DNA of 63,398 bases, filler included, from Folioceros fuciformis (taxonomy: Eukaryota): assembly GCA_049999805.1 (NCBI GenBank). It is 11 parts of 11 records of this genome, joined end to end, with 100 filler letters (N's around TTAATTAATTAA, not from the genome) between each part and the next. Parts side by side here need not be neighbours in the genome. Positions count along the whole stretch, not along the records: positions 57,870 to 61,849 come from JBNGIO010000253.1; positions 61,950 to 63,398 come from JBNGIO010000256.1; 9 more parts are not named here. One strand, written 5' to 3'. Under the pieces are notes generated by a model, which saw only the letters and a list, made by a program, of their open reading frames with translations, made no database searches and was not told where the DNA came from. Below are positions 61,461 through 63,398 of the stretch, one piece after another (the first letter of the stretch is position 1; every line of letters starts with the position of its first letter). A program made the translations under genes and the position numbers.

Positions 61461-63398
61461 CTCTTGGTGAAGTTGCTGTTGCTGTGGATTATGCTCTTCC
61501 AAAAAACTTTGCTGAACTTGCAAGTTTGCAAGACATTGATCCATAGCTCAAACAACATCAACAAAGTTTGCATTTCCAAACCCCCCATTTCATCTCAATG
61601 AATATGACATGAAGCTCCAACTTATATTTGCTCTTTGGCAATGACAACTAGAATGGCACAAGTGCTCAAAAGCAACAAATCAAAAATCCAAGTTGAACAT
61701 GAGGTCGTAGTCTTAGTTGAAGGGGAGTGGCTCTTAAAGATGAGCGAATTATAGAAATAATATATTTTAAGATTAATAATAATTATGCATATTACTATTT
61801 ATGGTTCCCATTCCGCCCCATGCCTTGGAGTTCCCTTGGTTTGGAGCATNNNNNNNNNNNNNNNNNNNNNNNNNNNNNNNNNNNNNNNNNNNNTTAATTA
61901 ATTAANNNNNNNNNNNNNNNNNNNNNNNNNNNNNNNNNNNNNNNNNNNNACAAGAAGCTGAGCACCAGACCAAGATTCACAGGATGCTGGTGGTTCGAGC
62001 TCGTAGGTTTCGTGCTGACTATGCCTACTTAACGAGGTGCATGACCAAGCTTCATGCAACTCATCAAGAAAACCTTGACCTATAGTTGAAGGTAGGGGCG
62101 ATGGAGGCTGAACGGGATATCTACAAGAGTAGATGCGAGGGTGGAGATTGGGTTGTTGACATGGATACCATAGATCTAGCTCAACAGAATCGCAACCTTC
62201 ACCTACACCAACTTCTACTCGCTCATCACAAGGAACTGGCAGCATTGGCAAGGCGAAGGTATCTTGGGCCACATGCACATGATGACGACCGTGAGGCCCT
62301 GGAGCAGTGCCCCTACCAACAGACTTTCAAGAGGACAGCAGTATGGACCTAGAGAGCTCGCAATGGGAACCTTAGGAGTTGCTATGGGCTAGGAAGAGCA
62401 CGCAACAAGGGGTACTTACTCCCGTAGGGAACCTACCTACGAGAGGAGGGGTAGGAATGGTAGGTACCCCACCTACGGAGGGAACATTCCCACCCTACGT
62501 AGGGAAGGAGCCTCAAGTTGAGGAACAAGGAGAACCCTCCCCTACCAAACTTGTAGGTGGTGGTGAAGGGATAGCCCAAGAGATCCACACAGAGGAAGGT
62601 ACGGTGGAAGCTTGTGGATCCAAAAGAAGACGAATCCCAATAATGGAGGGGGCCCCAGTGGCTCAACCTTCAGACTCTGCCTCCCTTCAAGAGCTATCCT
62701 CGCCATACCTTTTTGAAAAAGGGGGTCAACGAATCTTCTAAGGTGGACCGACAGTCCTAATCTTCATCCGCGCGCACTGCCTTAGCAACTATTGGTAGGT
62801 CTTAGCCACTTGGTAGATGTGCGTGGTTAAAGCTGGCTGCGGCTAGTGGTAGGTAGGAAGCCGTCTGCCATCCTATAGAAGTAGAACGAAGAACTTGAGC
62901 CAGAGGACCTCGTTCTTTGATTGTAAGTGTTTCGTGATGAATAGAGAACCAATTTTCGTAAGCCTGCGTGGACATCCAGGCGGAAGGGGGAGCTGCGAGT
63001 GCCCTTTCTATTGCCGATCGCAAAGGTTCTTGTGATGTCTGGTTCGGAGTCTTGAACGTAGGGAAACGTGGAGTTGGATCGTGTAGAAGGTGTTGCGAGG
63101 AGACTTGTGGGGAAAGGTGCTGGGTGTAGGTAGTTGGAAGTTGGTAGGGGAGGTACTGGGGCCCTTCCAAGTGAAGGAATGGTGCCTACACACTGACTGG
63201 ACGTGTTGAAGGTACGCGCTGGGAAAGGTTGAATGTCGTAGGCGAACGATAAACAGAGTTGGAGGGAGCGGAGTAGGCTCGGAGGAAACTCGTTGGTTGC
63301 TGGGTGTAGGGAGACGAGCAGCTAGATTGTGGGTAGAGGAAGGTGTTATAGGGAGCCTTGTGAGGAAATGGTATCGAGTGTAGGGAGGTAGAAATCGG

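Noticed and set aside
61950..63398. Short ORFs in the last contig as host genes
   Set aside because: Fragmented, with no recognisable domains or splice structure; likely degenerate retroelement sequence but unclassifiable by eye.

Overview
Eukaryotic land-plant nuclear DNA with compact, GC-rich genes and mostly short GT-AG introns. The source is probably a hornwort or another seed-free plant; this is inferred mainly from a HAE/GRP-type DYW domain. The window is 11 contig pieces joined by artificial 100-bp spacers (44 N + TTAATTAATTAA + 44 N), so adjacency across spacers is unproven. The gene-dense parts encode an At4g10930-like RING/PHD protein, a TPT-family nucleotide-sugar transporter, two tandem GT14 (GlcAT14-like) glycosyltransferases, a RAD16-like SNF2 helicase, a BCL7/BDH-like SWI/SNF subunit, TMEM234, NUP50 (partial), plastid ClpP3, HPRT, a YnbD-like dual-specificity phosphatase and a calcineurin B-like protein. 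There are also tRNA-Ala(AGC) and tRNA-Gly(TCC) genes. The rest is decayed Copia elements, LTR fragments and tandem repeats. The most notable items are: (1) a decayed PLS-PPR gene with a DYW:KP-like (HAEK...GRP) domain of the class linked to U-to-C RNA editing; (2) an 839-bp solo-LTR-like insert with a 4-bp TSD whose removal restores a Copia integrase zinc-finger frame; (3) a short Copia LTR with apparent TA...TA termini; (4) an LTR family carrying a perfect 30-bp array, a 22-bp palindrome, TTAGG-rich DNA and a conserved ~57-bp terminal motif. No clearly novel biological system can be demonstrated from the sequence alone. All family assignments are by motif recognition, not database search.
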